From Hydrolagus colliei (taxonomy: Eukaryota), in contig CM068763.1 of assembly GCA_035084275.1 (NCBI GenBank), forward strand, positions 10,850,001 to 10,914,000: DNA of 64,000 nucleotides, written 5' to 3'. The position numbers and the translations under genes are program-made. The first letter of the stretch is position 1; every line of letters starts with the position of its first letter. The notes beneath the pieces were generated by a model, which saw nothing but the letters and a program-made list of their open reading frames with translations, had not been told where the DNA came from and ran no database searches. Below, piece by piece: positions 22,801 through 34,078 of the stretch.

Positions 22801-23444
22801 ACATCTTCTGGACGTCTCAAAGCGCTTCACAGAATATACTCTAAAGTGAATTGTGGGCGAGATCCGGCAGCCAATTGCGCACAGCAGTGTCCCACAAACA
22901 TTCGTGGATTGAAATGTAATTTTGTTGTTGTTGTTGCACTCTTGTTGTACCTCTGTGTACACATTTCACCCACAAAATCTAGTCAGTACACTGTACAGTG
23001 TATTTCTCAGGAAGTCTCCACAATATGATGAGAAACTATATAAAATGCTAATTATTACTATTATTTAATGTGGTATCTCATAATTAGGTTCAAATGGTTA
23101 TCCCTGATTTTTTTTCGAGTTATTTTGTAAGAAACTAACACGACAAGCTCAGCACTGAAAGCACGGGTCATGGAATAAAATAGATTTATTTTGTGTGTTT
23201 TACAGAAATAAAACGGGAAACAGAATCGCCTGCTTTTAGAAATCGCTGGATACCGGCAGTCATTCTCATGTTTATTGAATTAATAGTCATTTTAATTCTG
23301 GTGATGGTGCTGTTCATAAAGCATCGTAACTCAACAGAACATAAGAAATGCCATCAAAATGGACAGTGGACGACACCACGAAACTGTCAATCATGTTATA
23401 CTAAGTTGAACCCCAGCACTGTCTGGCCTCCAGATGTTCTGTAG
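19767..23444 (+). CDS. Gene B: B7-family (CD276/VTCN1/HHLA2-like) type I membrane protein, 309 aa
   Basis: join(19767..19818, 21552..21902, 22330..22617, 23206..23444) = 930 nt. All introns are GT-AG and phase 1, and the frame is open. Architecture SP-IgV-IgC-TM-tail. Confidence 0.9.
20315..20655 (-). mobile_element. tRNA-derived SINE in gene B intron 1
   Basis: Full head, body and tail as 262-589. Confidence 0.8.
21552..21902 (+). CDS. Gene B IgV exon
   Basis: CACAG|CT ... GCAG|GTACGT; motifs AVLGCSF, ITWQR, QSPRYAGRASLFPEEIIKGNASLML, EDSGEYMCYVS. Confidence 0.95.
22330..22617 (+). CDS. Gene B IgC exon (cysteine-free)
   Basis: CTCAG|CA ... CCAG|GTGAGT; YYKEPILSIQLGTNATLFRFESQGFPQAVISW...DGLYSVSSTLEI...NYTFTISNDVLGQSLSRRFVFTP. 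Confidence 0.9.
23206..23444 (+). CDS. Gene B TM/cytoplasmic exon
   Basis: TTTTACAG|AA; hydrophobic WIPAVILMFIELIVILILVMVLFI, then KHR, and a tail ending SCYTKLNPSTVWPPDVL*. Confidence 0.85.
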
Positions 23445-26219
23445 TTGTTTGGAAGGATTGGTTCCATGGACACAAAACCAAAGCTTTTTGATCTAATCCA
23501 AAGCAATCTGATGGTCTCTTACGATTACGACATGCCGGAGCCTTGTGCAGTAGAAATCCCATGATTTCTTTGACTTTCGTTTGACTGACTATAACTCATG
23601 TTCTTACTGTCATGTGGCCCAGCGGTTAAAGCACCCGCTTCACAAACGAGAGACCTGGGTTCAATTCCAAGTAGGTCAGAAGGCGAGCTCGGGCAAGTTT
23701 CCTTACTCCACCCGTCTGATAATAATACCTCAAAAAAATAAAAATAAATCCATGACTGTTTATGGAATACAATGTGCAATTGGCTATTGTCCCAACCCGA
23801 CTGTTCAGCACTTTAATTGTTTTTTTTTGTATTACATGTGAAATAAAAGATTATATTGCCAATTTCACACTGCGGGCGGTGTGAAAGCATTTTGTACAAT
23901 GCATATTTATATCTCTGTATTATTCTGTGAGAAAGTGAACGTAATATATATTATACCCAAAAAACAAAATTTATGTTTCTCAGACAATTCTTTATTGTGC
24001 TTATTTGTGGCTTATTAAAACAGTTACATTTTGATCTGATTGGCTTGAGGGATACTAATTCTGAGTGTGACTTTGTAAGTATCTTTTAATTCAAAAGGTG
24101 ATGATTGTGCCAAATAACTAAAGTACATAAGATCTCTTGAGTGAGAAAGGTCTGTGCTTATCAGTGACTGGTTGAATCGGTTTATTGTTAAAAATCCGTC
24201 CGGAAATGCGTTGCTTTCAAATTGGATAATTTTTTAAGCAAAAAAACTCAACTTGAATGAAATCCTTTCAAACTCCTTGAAATGTATATTCATATGTTTA
24301 GAAATTGAAAGCTTAATTTTTAATTGGTGTAAGGCCGGTGTGATTGTTGATAAATGTGTCTGCTATTGCTTTGCGGAGACTGAACTCGAGATTTTCTGAT
24401 ATTTTCTTGATGGCCGGAGTTAAGAACAACAGCAAATTACATTTGTATAGCGCAACGCATGTCGGGGGGACATCCCAAAGTGAGTTAGTCTAACCTTCAT
24501 CATTTGCACTGAGTTGTGTTGGTGGTTGGGGGTGAGGTGGTGGGGAGAATAAGTTGAAAACTTGTGACACTGAGTAATGCCAAAGTTTTTCAACCTGTGA
24601 AGTTAGCCTTGTGATTAAGTTCCCTTTATTTTAATTTAATGATGTGTTTTCTGAATTCATTTCATCACAGTTAATCTATCACTGGGGAATTCTAGATTGT
24701 AAAAAAAAATTCCAGGTGCTTTTCTGAATGAAACTGGTAATTGGTTTCACAGCTATTTGTGGGGATTTGTTTTGTGTATAATTAACAACAAGAATAATAA
24801 TAATAACAGCAGCGTACCTGGCAGGCCAAAGCTCTATTTTAAGTCAGTCTCAACCCGAACTCCCCTGTCGTCCGGGGGCCTTTTTGGCTGGGTGTCCCGA
24901 ATCAGTCTTTCGATTCCTATTTGGAGCTGATAAGGAACGAAGAGAGAGTTTCAGATTGGAAACGAAGAAGAGGTTCAGTTTCAAAGACACAGCTTAAGAG
25001 ATGGGTTTTTTAAGAAGGTTTTGAAAGCAGCGACATCAAGAAAGTGGCTTGAAGCTATGAGTGGAATTTGCTGCGTGTTTTAAGCTATTTTCAGCGCAAA
25101 TTGTCGATGAATCATTGGTATGTGGGGGGTCAAAGAATTAGTGTTTCTTTTCATCTTTGATTTATATCAATGCGACCTATGAAATCTATAGAACTGTTTA
25201 ATGTTTAATTTTAGGTAGAGACACGCACTGGGTGAGTCTAACTCATTCCTTCTTCATGGAAGGGCAGCTGTGAATAGAGACATGATGCAGTCTTCTAACA
25301 CATAAGAATGGGAAAACACACTTTCCTCTGCCTGGGTGAAAGGGTATAACCTATTTATAAGGAAAGTCAGATGTCAATGCAGTCACGTCAACCCGGGTAA
25401 GTCCCGCATTCGAAATATAATAATAATACCTGCTTTTGATACAGCGAGTTTCATGTCTCCTAGACGTCTTAAAAGGCTTCACAGAATATACTGTAAAGTG
25501 AATTGGATATGACTGCATATGTATTGCCACCCTGGGAATTGATACAGAAATATACTGGATTAAAAAAAAAATTACAGCAGTGACACAGGTCATTAAGTGT
25601 AACGTGACCATATGGACTGTACACCCTTATTTTAGTTACTGAACCTGTTTGAAAGAAACTGAAAAACAGATGGTAGTTTCAGATTATAAAAGTATATCAG
25701 AAATATGTACGGGTACAGTTTAACAACAATAAAATTACATTTATAGGTGTGGGGGGGCGTCCCAAAGCACTGAACAGTCAGGTGGGGACCTAAGCAAGGG
25801 GGAAGGGCAGGGGAGGAGGGAGTTTAATAACAACAACAACAACAAGATTTTCCAAGGCCCGGGAGCTTAAATTGACTGACGTTTCAGATCTATTATGTTG
25901 TCAAATCAAACTTGCTGTCAAATCGAACTTGAGAGTAACAAAACAAACATGAATTTATAAGTGACTTTATTAAATGTAATTTATTTGAGTGCAAAATGAC
26001 TATTTAGAAATGCAACATCAATGTAAACATTTTTTAAAATAATCTGAATCGTCAAAAGTATTTTTTGTTCGGTAAGGATATGAATGGATATGGGGCAAAG
26101 GGAGTCACCTCCAGGAAACAAACAAAACACGGGTTAAAAACTCATACAGTGAGTGAGCAATTTTATCAGGAGACCGGGAGAAACTCCCTTTCCTTTCCGA
26201 TTATATAGTGTTTTGAGAA

Positions 26220-26360
26220 CTGAATTCTGACGAAGGGTTGTGGACCCGAAACATTGACTCACTTTCCTCTCCCCGTAGATGCTGCCTGACCTACTGAGTT
26301 TTCCCAGCAACTTCTGTTTTTGTTTCAGATTTCCAGCATCTGAGGTATTTTGTGTTTTGC
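26220..26360 (+). mobile_element. Penelope-like element terminal fragment
   Basis: CTGACGAAGGG...CCCGAAAC...GATGCTGCCTGACCTACTGAG...CCAGCAACTTCTGTTTTTG, a motif string I associate with Penelope-type repeats of cartilaginous fish. A shorter related piece lies at about 14590-14670. Confidence 0.45.
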
Positions 26361-27744
26361 CTTATTTAAATAAGTTTCTCTTACATTTAACCCTCACAAT
26401 TTTCAGCCACAGAGACCTAAGCTGCTCTCAATTTAAAAGTGATCGTTTTTAGGCTACAAAACATACAGCCAATTCACTTTGCAGCGTGTTCGGTGACGTA
26501 ATTTGAGACGTCTTGAAGATGTGATAAAGCGCTATATGAAATGCAAGATTATTATAAATATATTTGCGCATACAGCACCCCCCTCTGTAGAGAAGCCACA
26601 TTACAGTGTCCGACAGACATATACAGCACACCCGGGGGGCATTGAGAAGACATTACAACAAACGCAAGGTTTATTTTGTTTATTCAAATGCACACAGTAA
26701 ACCAGGCTGACTGACACATGTGAAAAAAACACCAGCTAGCTATTTGTGTCTTAGAAGACTTCCATGATCTTCCATGTAACAATGAAGCATTTTATAGTAG
26801 TGTTTTGCAAGATTAAAATTCCTTTATTTTAAAGACAAATCACCAGAATTATCGGCAAATACACACGGTCAATTATTTTTTGTAAAAAAAAGTTTCTTCC
26901 ATAAATATTTATTCCGTGAATAAACAATGAGATCTTCCCTTTATGTGGCGGCCATCACACAAGACATTGCACAGCGGCCAAACAAGTGGGAGAGAGAGCA
27001 GCGATCGGCAGGGGGAGAGGCACAACAGAGTGCGTCACATGTTGTTCATCCTTAAATCATCTTCATTAAAGCCTCGCAATTAACTCGGGAGGAAGAAAAA
27101 GTTAGGAAAGACATAATTACATTTAGAGAGCGCCTTTCACGTCGGGAGGAAGTGAGGCCAAGGTTTTGCGGGATGGAGTTCCAGAGTGTGGGGGAAACAG
27201 AGGAGAGCAGGATAGGGATGCATGTGTGTGAAGAATGAGTCCATTTCAGTGGTTGTGTGACTCCCAGCATTGTCACCTGGACAACATAGAACAGAAAGGG
27301 TTAATCCTCTAGAAGAGCCAATTGAAAACAAGTCCTATGTGTAGCTCAGTGGTTAAAGCACTTAGTGCAAATGGCAGCAAATAACAGGTCCAGGTAGCAG
27401 TCATTCAGCGGGTAGGGCATTGAATAATCTGATTTGTCCTTTTTCTATTGGTTTCATTTTACAAGTAATCACATGCAATGAAAAGAAATGAAACGGAAAG
27501 ATTATTATTATCCAGAAACCAAACACAATGCCTCCAACTACCTCATGGTTTCTTGGTGTCTCAGTAAAAACAAATTCTTAGTGTCTTAGTGCCTGCAGGC
27601 TTCTACAGTAATTGCATCTCTCATAATTTAAACCCAGTCCTATGGTACATTCATTTACCTGTTAGTACAATGACTACTTGAATACTTTTCAATGATTCGT
27701 TACATCACAATGCTTCAAAAACATAAAGTCTTTCTATATCATAA

Positions 27745-28740
27745 TAATCTTTGATGATGGGTCCATCGAAGAGGAGGGCTGTGAGGCGAGACTTGAAGGA
27801 GGCCAGGGAGGGGGAGAGGGTCTTTGGGATGGAGTTCCAGAGGTTGGGGACAGAATGGCTGAAGGCTCACCCGCCAATGGTTGGGTTTGTGGGTTGGGGG
27901 ACGTGGAGTAGGCCAGAGCCTGATGAACAGAGAGGCCGCCTCTGTTCATCAGGTTCCTATCCCTTTACCAACCTGCGGTTGGTAAAGGAAGTCATGGTTG
28001 TAGGGTCGGGCAAGGTTTTGGAGGACTTTAAATGTGAGGATCAGAATCTTGAATTGGATCCTTTGGGGAGCCAATGTAGTCGAGCAAGGATGGGGGAGAT
28101 GGGGTCATGGAGTTTGGAACAGCAAAGGATACGGGCCACAGAGTTCTGGATTATCTGCAGCCTGCGTAGGGAGGAATTGGGAAGGCCGACCAGCAAGACA
28201 TTTGCATAATCGAACCAGGATGTAATGAAGGTATGAATGAGGTTTTCAGTGGCTTTGAGGGTGAGCTAGTGGTGGAGTTGAAAAATATTGCATACGTGGA
28301 GAAAGCCAGAGTGAGTAATTCCTTGAATATGGGGGAGCAAGACAGTTAGGGTCGAACAAGACAACTAGGTTTCTGACAGACTTGATGAGGTTGAGTGAGC
28401 GACCACGGAGGCTGAGGCAGCCAGAGCCTGATACAAGAAGGCGCTGGCGTGAGCCAATCAGTGGGGCCTCTGTCTTCAACTGTAGAAAGTTAGCTCTCAT
28501 CCAGGACTTGATGTCTGACCGAGGTAGTCCTAGAGTCGAGAGTAAAGGCAGAGAGATAGAGTTGGATGTCATCCACGTATATGTGGAAGTTAACCCCATG
28601 TCTGCAGATGATGTCACCAAGTGGGAGCACATAAATGTTGAAAAATAGGGGGACAAGGACAGAGCCCTGGGGGACCCCACGGGTGACAGTGCGAGTGCGA
28701 GTGCGGGAGCTGGAAGAATCATAGAATCTTACGGCCCATC
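27745..28740 (-). mobile_element. Old degraded L2 LINE (RT C-terminus and 3' end)
   Basis: ORF pieces with [11 protein letters not shown] and YVDD motifs plus frameshifts; paralogous to 58338-59126 + 60915-61075. Confidence 0.85.
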
Positions 28741-28769
28741 GAGTCTTGTGCCTGCTCTTTAATCCCACT

Positions 28770-29190
28770 CCCCAGCTCTCTCCCCATAACCGCGCAAACC
28801 CGTCCTCCCCAAATAAGGTGCCTCCACCACCTTTTCAGGCAATGCATTCCAGATTCGAACAACTCACTGGGTGAAAACATTTCTCATCATCTCCTCTCAG
28901 CTTCTTTTAGAAGCTATTTTAAATCTGTGACCACAAGTCACTGATATGCCCACCAGTGGAAACAGTTTTTCCGTGTTTACTCTGTTGAATACCCTCATGA
29001 TCTTAAAAACCTCTGCTACGTCTCCTCGTAACCTTCTCTGTTCCAATGAGAATAAACCTGGCCTTTCCTCATAGCTGAAGTCCCTCATTCCTGGTACCAT
29101 CCTGGTAAATCTCCTCTGCACCCTAGCCTATATTGCCTCCCCTCATTTGTCCTCCCAAAATCCATCACCTCACATTTCTCCACATTAAAT
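28770..29190 (-). mobile_element. Degraded CR1 3' fragment
   Basis: ORF 28897-29121 (QRRFTRMVPGMRDFSYEER...GHRFKI); duplicated at 61100-61520. Confidence 0.8.
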
Positions 29191-29413
29191 TTCAAGAGAA
29201 ACCGTTGGTGGCGACAAAATGTAGGCGATGAGAGATGCAGGAGTCGAACCAGACAACGGCAGTTCTGTGGAAATTTAGGAGGGAGGAGAGTGAACCCACA
29301 ATCGTCTGACACAGAGACAAGAGTTCATGCTGGGGCCTGTAAGAGTATGGAAATCAAGATGGCTTCCCACGCAAAATGAACATTTTAACACAAAATACAA
29401 ATCAGATCCCTAC

Positions 29414-29605
29414 CTGTCACTATAAGAGAGACTATTTGTGTAACAGGTGGACCCAAACATATAGCAAAACACTCGTACTTTGCCCCATCTTGCAGTCTCA
29501 CTCTTTCTAGTTTCAATGAGATGTTTCCAAGTGGTATTTTTTCAGGGAAAAAGGTTTGTGAGGCCTGAATAGCGAGGACTCTGGTGACCGAGTGAATCGA
29601 TTCCA
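29414..29605 (-). pseudogene. Gene A-type IgV exon fragment (3' half, frameshifted)
   Basis: SLGHQSPRYSGLTNLF(+1 T)PEKIPLGNISLKLERVRLQDGAKYECFAICLGPPVTQIVSLIVT with donor ACAG|GTAGGG; the 5' half of the exon is absent. Confidence 0.85.
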
Positions 29606-30753
29606 CAGTAAAAAAAAATCCTTGGTTTCCACACGGTTCCAGGTGATGATAAGGGGTTTATATACACAGCCACAAACAGCCTTAAACAGTCAAGTTACTG
29701 TACATTCCAGTACAGTTTGTTGGCCATTATCCATCTACCAATTTGTTAAGAAAAAAGTAGCAAACACTTTTTGGAAAGCAAAGAGAAATGTGGACAAGTG
29801 TCAGGCAAAGTGAGACATAAGACTCAATATTATAATACTGTAATAATGATCCTTCCATTTTGACACAGCGCTTTTCACATCTTCTGCGCGTCTCCAAGCT
29901 CTTCACAGAAAGAGCTTGTAAAGTGAATTGACTGTATATTTGTGGGCGAAACGCGGCAGCCAATTGCGCACAGCAGCGTCCCCCACACAAACAGCCGTGG
30001 ATTAAAAATGTCCAATTTTATTGTGTTTAGTTTGGGGAGAGATTATTATTATTGGATTATTATGAGTGTGGAGTGTGGACCTCCCAAGGCGTCGACAACC
30101 AAACAGGGTTGGGATGAGGGAGGGCAGAGTGTGGGATGGCAGCTAAAGACACAGTCAAAAAGGAGGGTCTTGAGATGGGGAATGGGAGGGTCAAGTGGGG
30201 ACGGAGGGAGAGGACAGAGACAGAGAGTTATAGGGAGGGGGTGGGGGGGGAGCATTTGAAGGGAAGGGCAGCTCAGGTTCGGGGTCACAACCAAAATGCG
30301 CACGTGAGACATGAGCCAGTGGGTACAGAGGCCTGGTCAGCCACAGACACAGAGACTGTGGGGGCGAGAGGTGGGCATAGAGGGGGGAGAGGGGAGCAGC
30401 GAAGGGGGACAGGGGGAGAGGAGAGAGGGACGGGGGAGACCAGGGGAGAAGGAGGGGAGAGGGAGGAGGGGGAGAGGAGAGAGGGATGGGGGAGAAGGAG
30501 GGAGACAGGGTAGAGAGATTGGGGGGAGGCAGGGGAGAGAAGAGCCAGAGGGAGACAGGGGAGAGGGGAGTGGGAGAGGGAACAGGGGAAAGGAGGAGGA
30601 GGGAGACAGGGAGGAGGGATGGGGGGGTGGGAGACAGGTAGGAGGGAGACAGGTGAGAGGAAGGGGGGGCGGGGGAGAGATAGCCAGGGAAGAGGGAGGG
30701 GGGGGGGGAGGGGGGGAGTTTCATGTCAGGGATGAAGATGAAACTCAAATAGA

Positions 30754-30770
30754 GAAACGAAACTGAAACT
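30754..30770. promoter_or_regulatory. ISRE-like element (GAAACGAAACTGAAACT)
   Basis: 30759-30770 GAAACTGAAACT is a perfect GAAANNGAAACT match, with a third GAAA upstream; about 3.3 kb 5' of the gene C ATG. Confidence 0.5.
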
Positions 30771-33700
30771 GTTAGACAAGCTCATTGCCAAAGGAACCAA
30801 CAGAGAAGCTGAACAAATCAGAATGAGTGACTGATGACTCATTTATATATATTTTCAAATCACACCCACCGACTTGGACAGAAATAAAACTGTGCCACAG
30901 TTGTTTCCACAAGCTACATCAGTGTGGGGCTGTGTGTTTGTGAGAGATAGAGAGAGAGAGAGAGCCTGGCAGACAGTTTATTGTCTACATCAAATGCAAG
31001 TATTATTATTATTATTATTAAACATTAAACAGGCTGGTGTTAGTGATTGAGTTTGTGAATCTCCAGAAAAATAATGTGTCTCACAACCTGCATGTTTATT
31101 GTGGTTCTTGTGTTGGGTTTAGGATTCACATCAATAGATTTATACAGAATAATAATGTAGATATATAATGATGAAAGATTTATACATAGATATACAATAA
31201 TAATATTGTTCATTAGGGTCATCCACCGGGAAGATACACTGAGCAGTCAATAGGGGAAAGGCAGAGGAGGGGGACAGGGGAGAGGGAGGAGGGGGAGAGA
31301 GAGGGGAGAGGGAGGAGGGAGAGAGAGGGGCGAGGGAGGAGGGGGAGAGGGAGGAGGGGGAGAGAGGGAGAGAGAGGGGAGGGGGGGTGAGGTCTACAGA
31401 GGAGCAGTAAACCACAGCTGAGCATTATCAGCAGCATCAGCAACCACACAATACTGAACTGTATTTACATGTTTCACATCTCGTGGAGAGCGTTACTCTC
31501 ACACATAGAGGAACCAAGATGTTAGAGGCGACGTCTTCACCCGAAGAAACAACTGAAGCAGCTGAATAAGCCTGTGGGGGGGGTGGTCATACCGAATGTG
31601 TGGTTGAACGTGTGAATCTATATGTTTCCAAACCCTTCACACACTCACACATCTGCACATATCAGAAGCGAAACTCACACTCACACATCTGCACATATCA
31701 GAAGCGAAACTGTTAGTGACACAGTATTGCACCAGAACTGCATCAGTGTTGGGGACTGTGTGTGTGTGAGAGAGAGAGAGAGACTTTACTGCATCAAATG
31801 CAAGTACTTGTATTATTATTATTATTAACACATTACACAGGCTGGTGTTAGTGATTGAGTTAGTGATTCTCTGTGGAGTCTCCCCGAAAATAATGTGTTT
31901 CTTGTATTCAGTTTAGGATTTATATCATTAATTAGATTGACACAGATATATCTATAACAATAATACAGATAGATCTGTAATAATTATTATATAGATATAT
32001 TGTCCCCAAAAGGCAATATAACAGGCCGGAGTTTAGTTATTTTAAATAAGGCTTTTCTACATGTGTTTCTGACTTGACAAGGAGGTGAGTGTGGCTGGTG
32101 TGGCTGTGAGAGTCTCTGTGTGTGTGAGTGTATGTCTGTGTGTGTGTGTGTCTCACGACTGTGAGTCTCTATGTGTGCCTATGAAGCAATGTCTCGTTTG
32201 TGTGTGTGAGTCTCTGACTACTGTATATACATGTGTCTGTATGTCTGTGTGTGTCTCTGTGTGTGTATGTGAGAGTATGTCTCTCTGTGTGTGTATGTGA
32301 GAGTATACATCTCTCTGTGTGTGTCTGTGTGTCTCTGTGTGTGTATGTGAGAGTATACATCTCTCTGTGTGTGTCTGTGTGTCTCTGTGTGTGTATGTGA
32401 GAGTATATATCTCTCTGTGTGTGTCTGTGTGTGTGAGAGCCTGGCAGACAGTTTATTATACCAATAATATTTTAAATCAATCGTATTTGAGTGTGGCTGA
32501 GAGGAGGCAATTAATTTTGCTGGTAATCTGGTGTGAGGTTCCTTTGCTGGCGGAGGTCAGTGAGATTCTGGTGACACTTAAACAATGATGATTCAATTCA
32601 ATCTTCATGTAGACGCGAAACTAGGACAGATGTTGCTGCAATCTAACACCCTGGAAATAAACTATTCAATGATAGCGCCTTGGGACCTCCTCCCAATGTG
32701 AAAGCTGCTCTCTAAATGTTGTATTTTGTTGTTGTTGTTTGTGAGTCTTTGGAGCAAATTTAGTTAAAATTGTGTTGAACTGTTTGCTGCGTTATTCGAA
32801 AGGTTAGTATTGAAAATATAATAATCCTTACCTTTGATATAGAGCTTTCGAGACGTCTCACAGAGTGAACTGTAAAGTTTCTGGGTGAAACACGGCAGCC
32901 AATTGCGCACAGCATTACCTAGCTATTTTTGATTTTTTTTTGGAGAGATTATTATTAGGCGTGTGGAGCAAGGAAACTTGCCAAAGGTTTCACCCTGCCT
33001 GGAATCGAACAACAGACAACAACAATTAGTGGAGCTCCTGTGGTTAGAGCACTCGGCTTACGAGTGTTAGAAACTGCGTTCGAATCCAGGCTGATCAGGA
33101 CGAAACCTTGGTCAAGTTTCCTTAATCCACACACACACACACACCTAATAATAATCCGTCAAAAAAATATATATCAAATTGATTATTTCAATCCACGACT
33201 GTTTCTGGGGGACGCTGCTGTGCGCAATTGGCTGCCACGTTTCGCCCACAAATATATACAGTCGATTCACTTTACATTATTCTGCAAGCGCTTTGAAAGG
33301 TCGATAAAATGTGAAAAGCGCTACATCAAAATGCAACGATTATTATTATTATTAACAACAAAATGACATTATAGGGAGGGATGACATCCCAGGGAGCTGA
33401 GCAGTCAGGGGTTGGGACTTGAGCATGGGGGGTGTGGGCAGGGTAGGGGGGGAGAGAGGGAGGTGAGAGCCATTCCACCAGCTACAGCAGAGAGAGGAGA
33501 CTGTGAGATTAACACGGTAAACAGGTTGTTAGTGATTGAGTTAGTTATTCTCCGTGGAGCCTTTGTGTCACTCACTGTGGCTTCTGTGTGTTATGTGATG
33601 TTGAGCTTTGTGTTGGGGGAAAGTCAGTCAGTGAACAGACAGACATCCCCCCAGACAACACACTGAGGGGGGAAATCTCTCATTTAGAACTTTGTCTGTG

Positions 33701-34078
33701 TGACTGTCTGTCTGTGTGTGTGTGTGTGTGTGCATGTGTGTGTGTGTGCATTTCTATGTATGTAAGTGTGTCTGTGTGTGTCTGTGGCTTTGCACTGTGT
33801 GCTTTGACTTCTGTATTTCTGGCTTCAGTTGTGAGGAGCATCAGTTACCAGCATTCCTGACAGAGGAAGTTCCAAGGACATTAGACTGAGAACAGACAGA
33901 GACTGTTCATTCCTGGCAAAGTTTTAACACAAGTGATCAACCATTTCCTACAGTTGAGAAATTGCACTCTTTCTGTATTTACAAAGTTAAAAGAAACAGT
34001 GAAAGGTGGAGATGGTCCCGGTATTTACCAGGTGTCGTTGTTGCTTTTTGTTGACAGGTTGACATGAGACAAAGTGGG

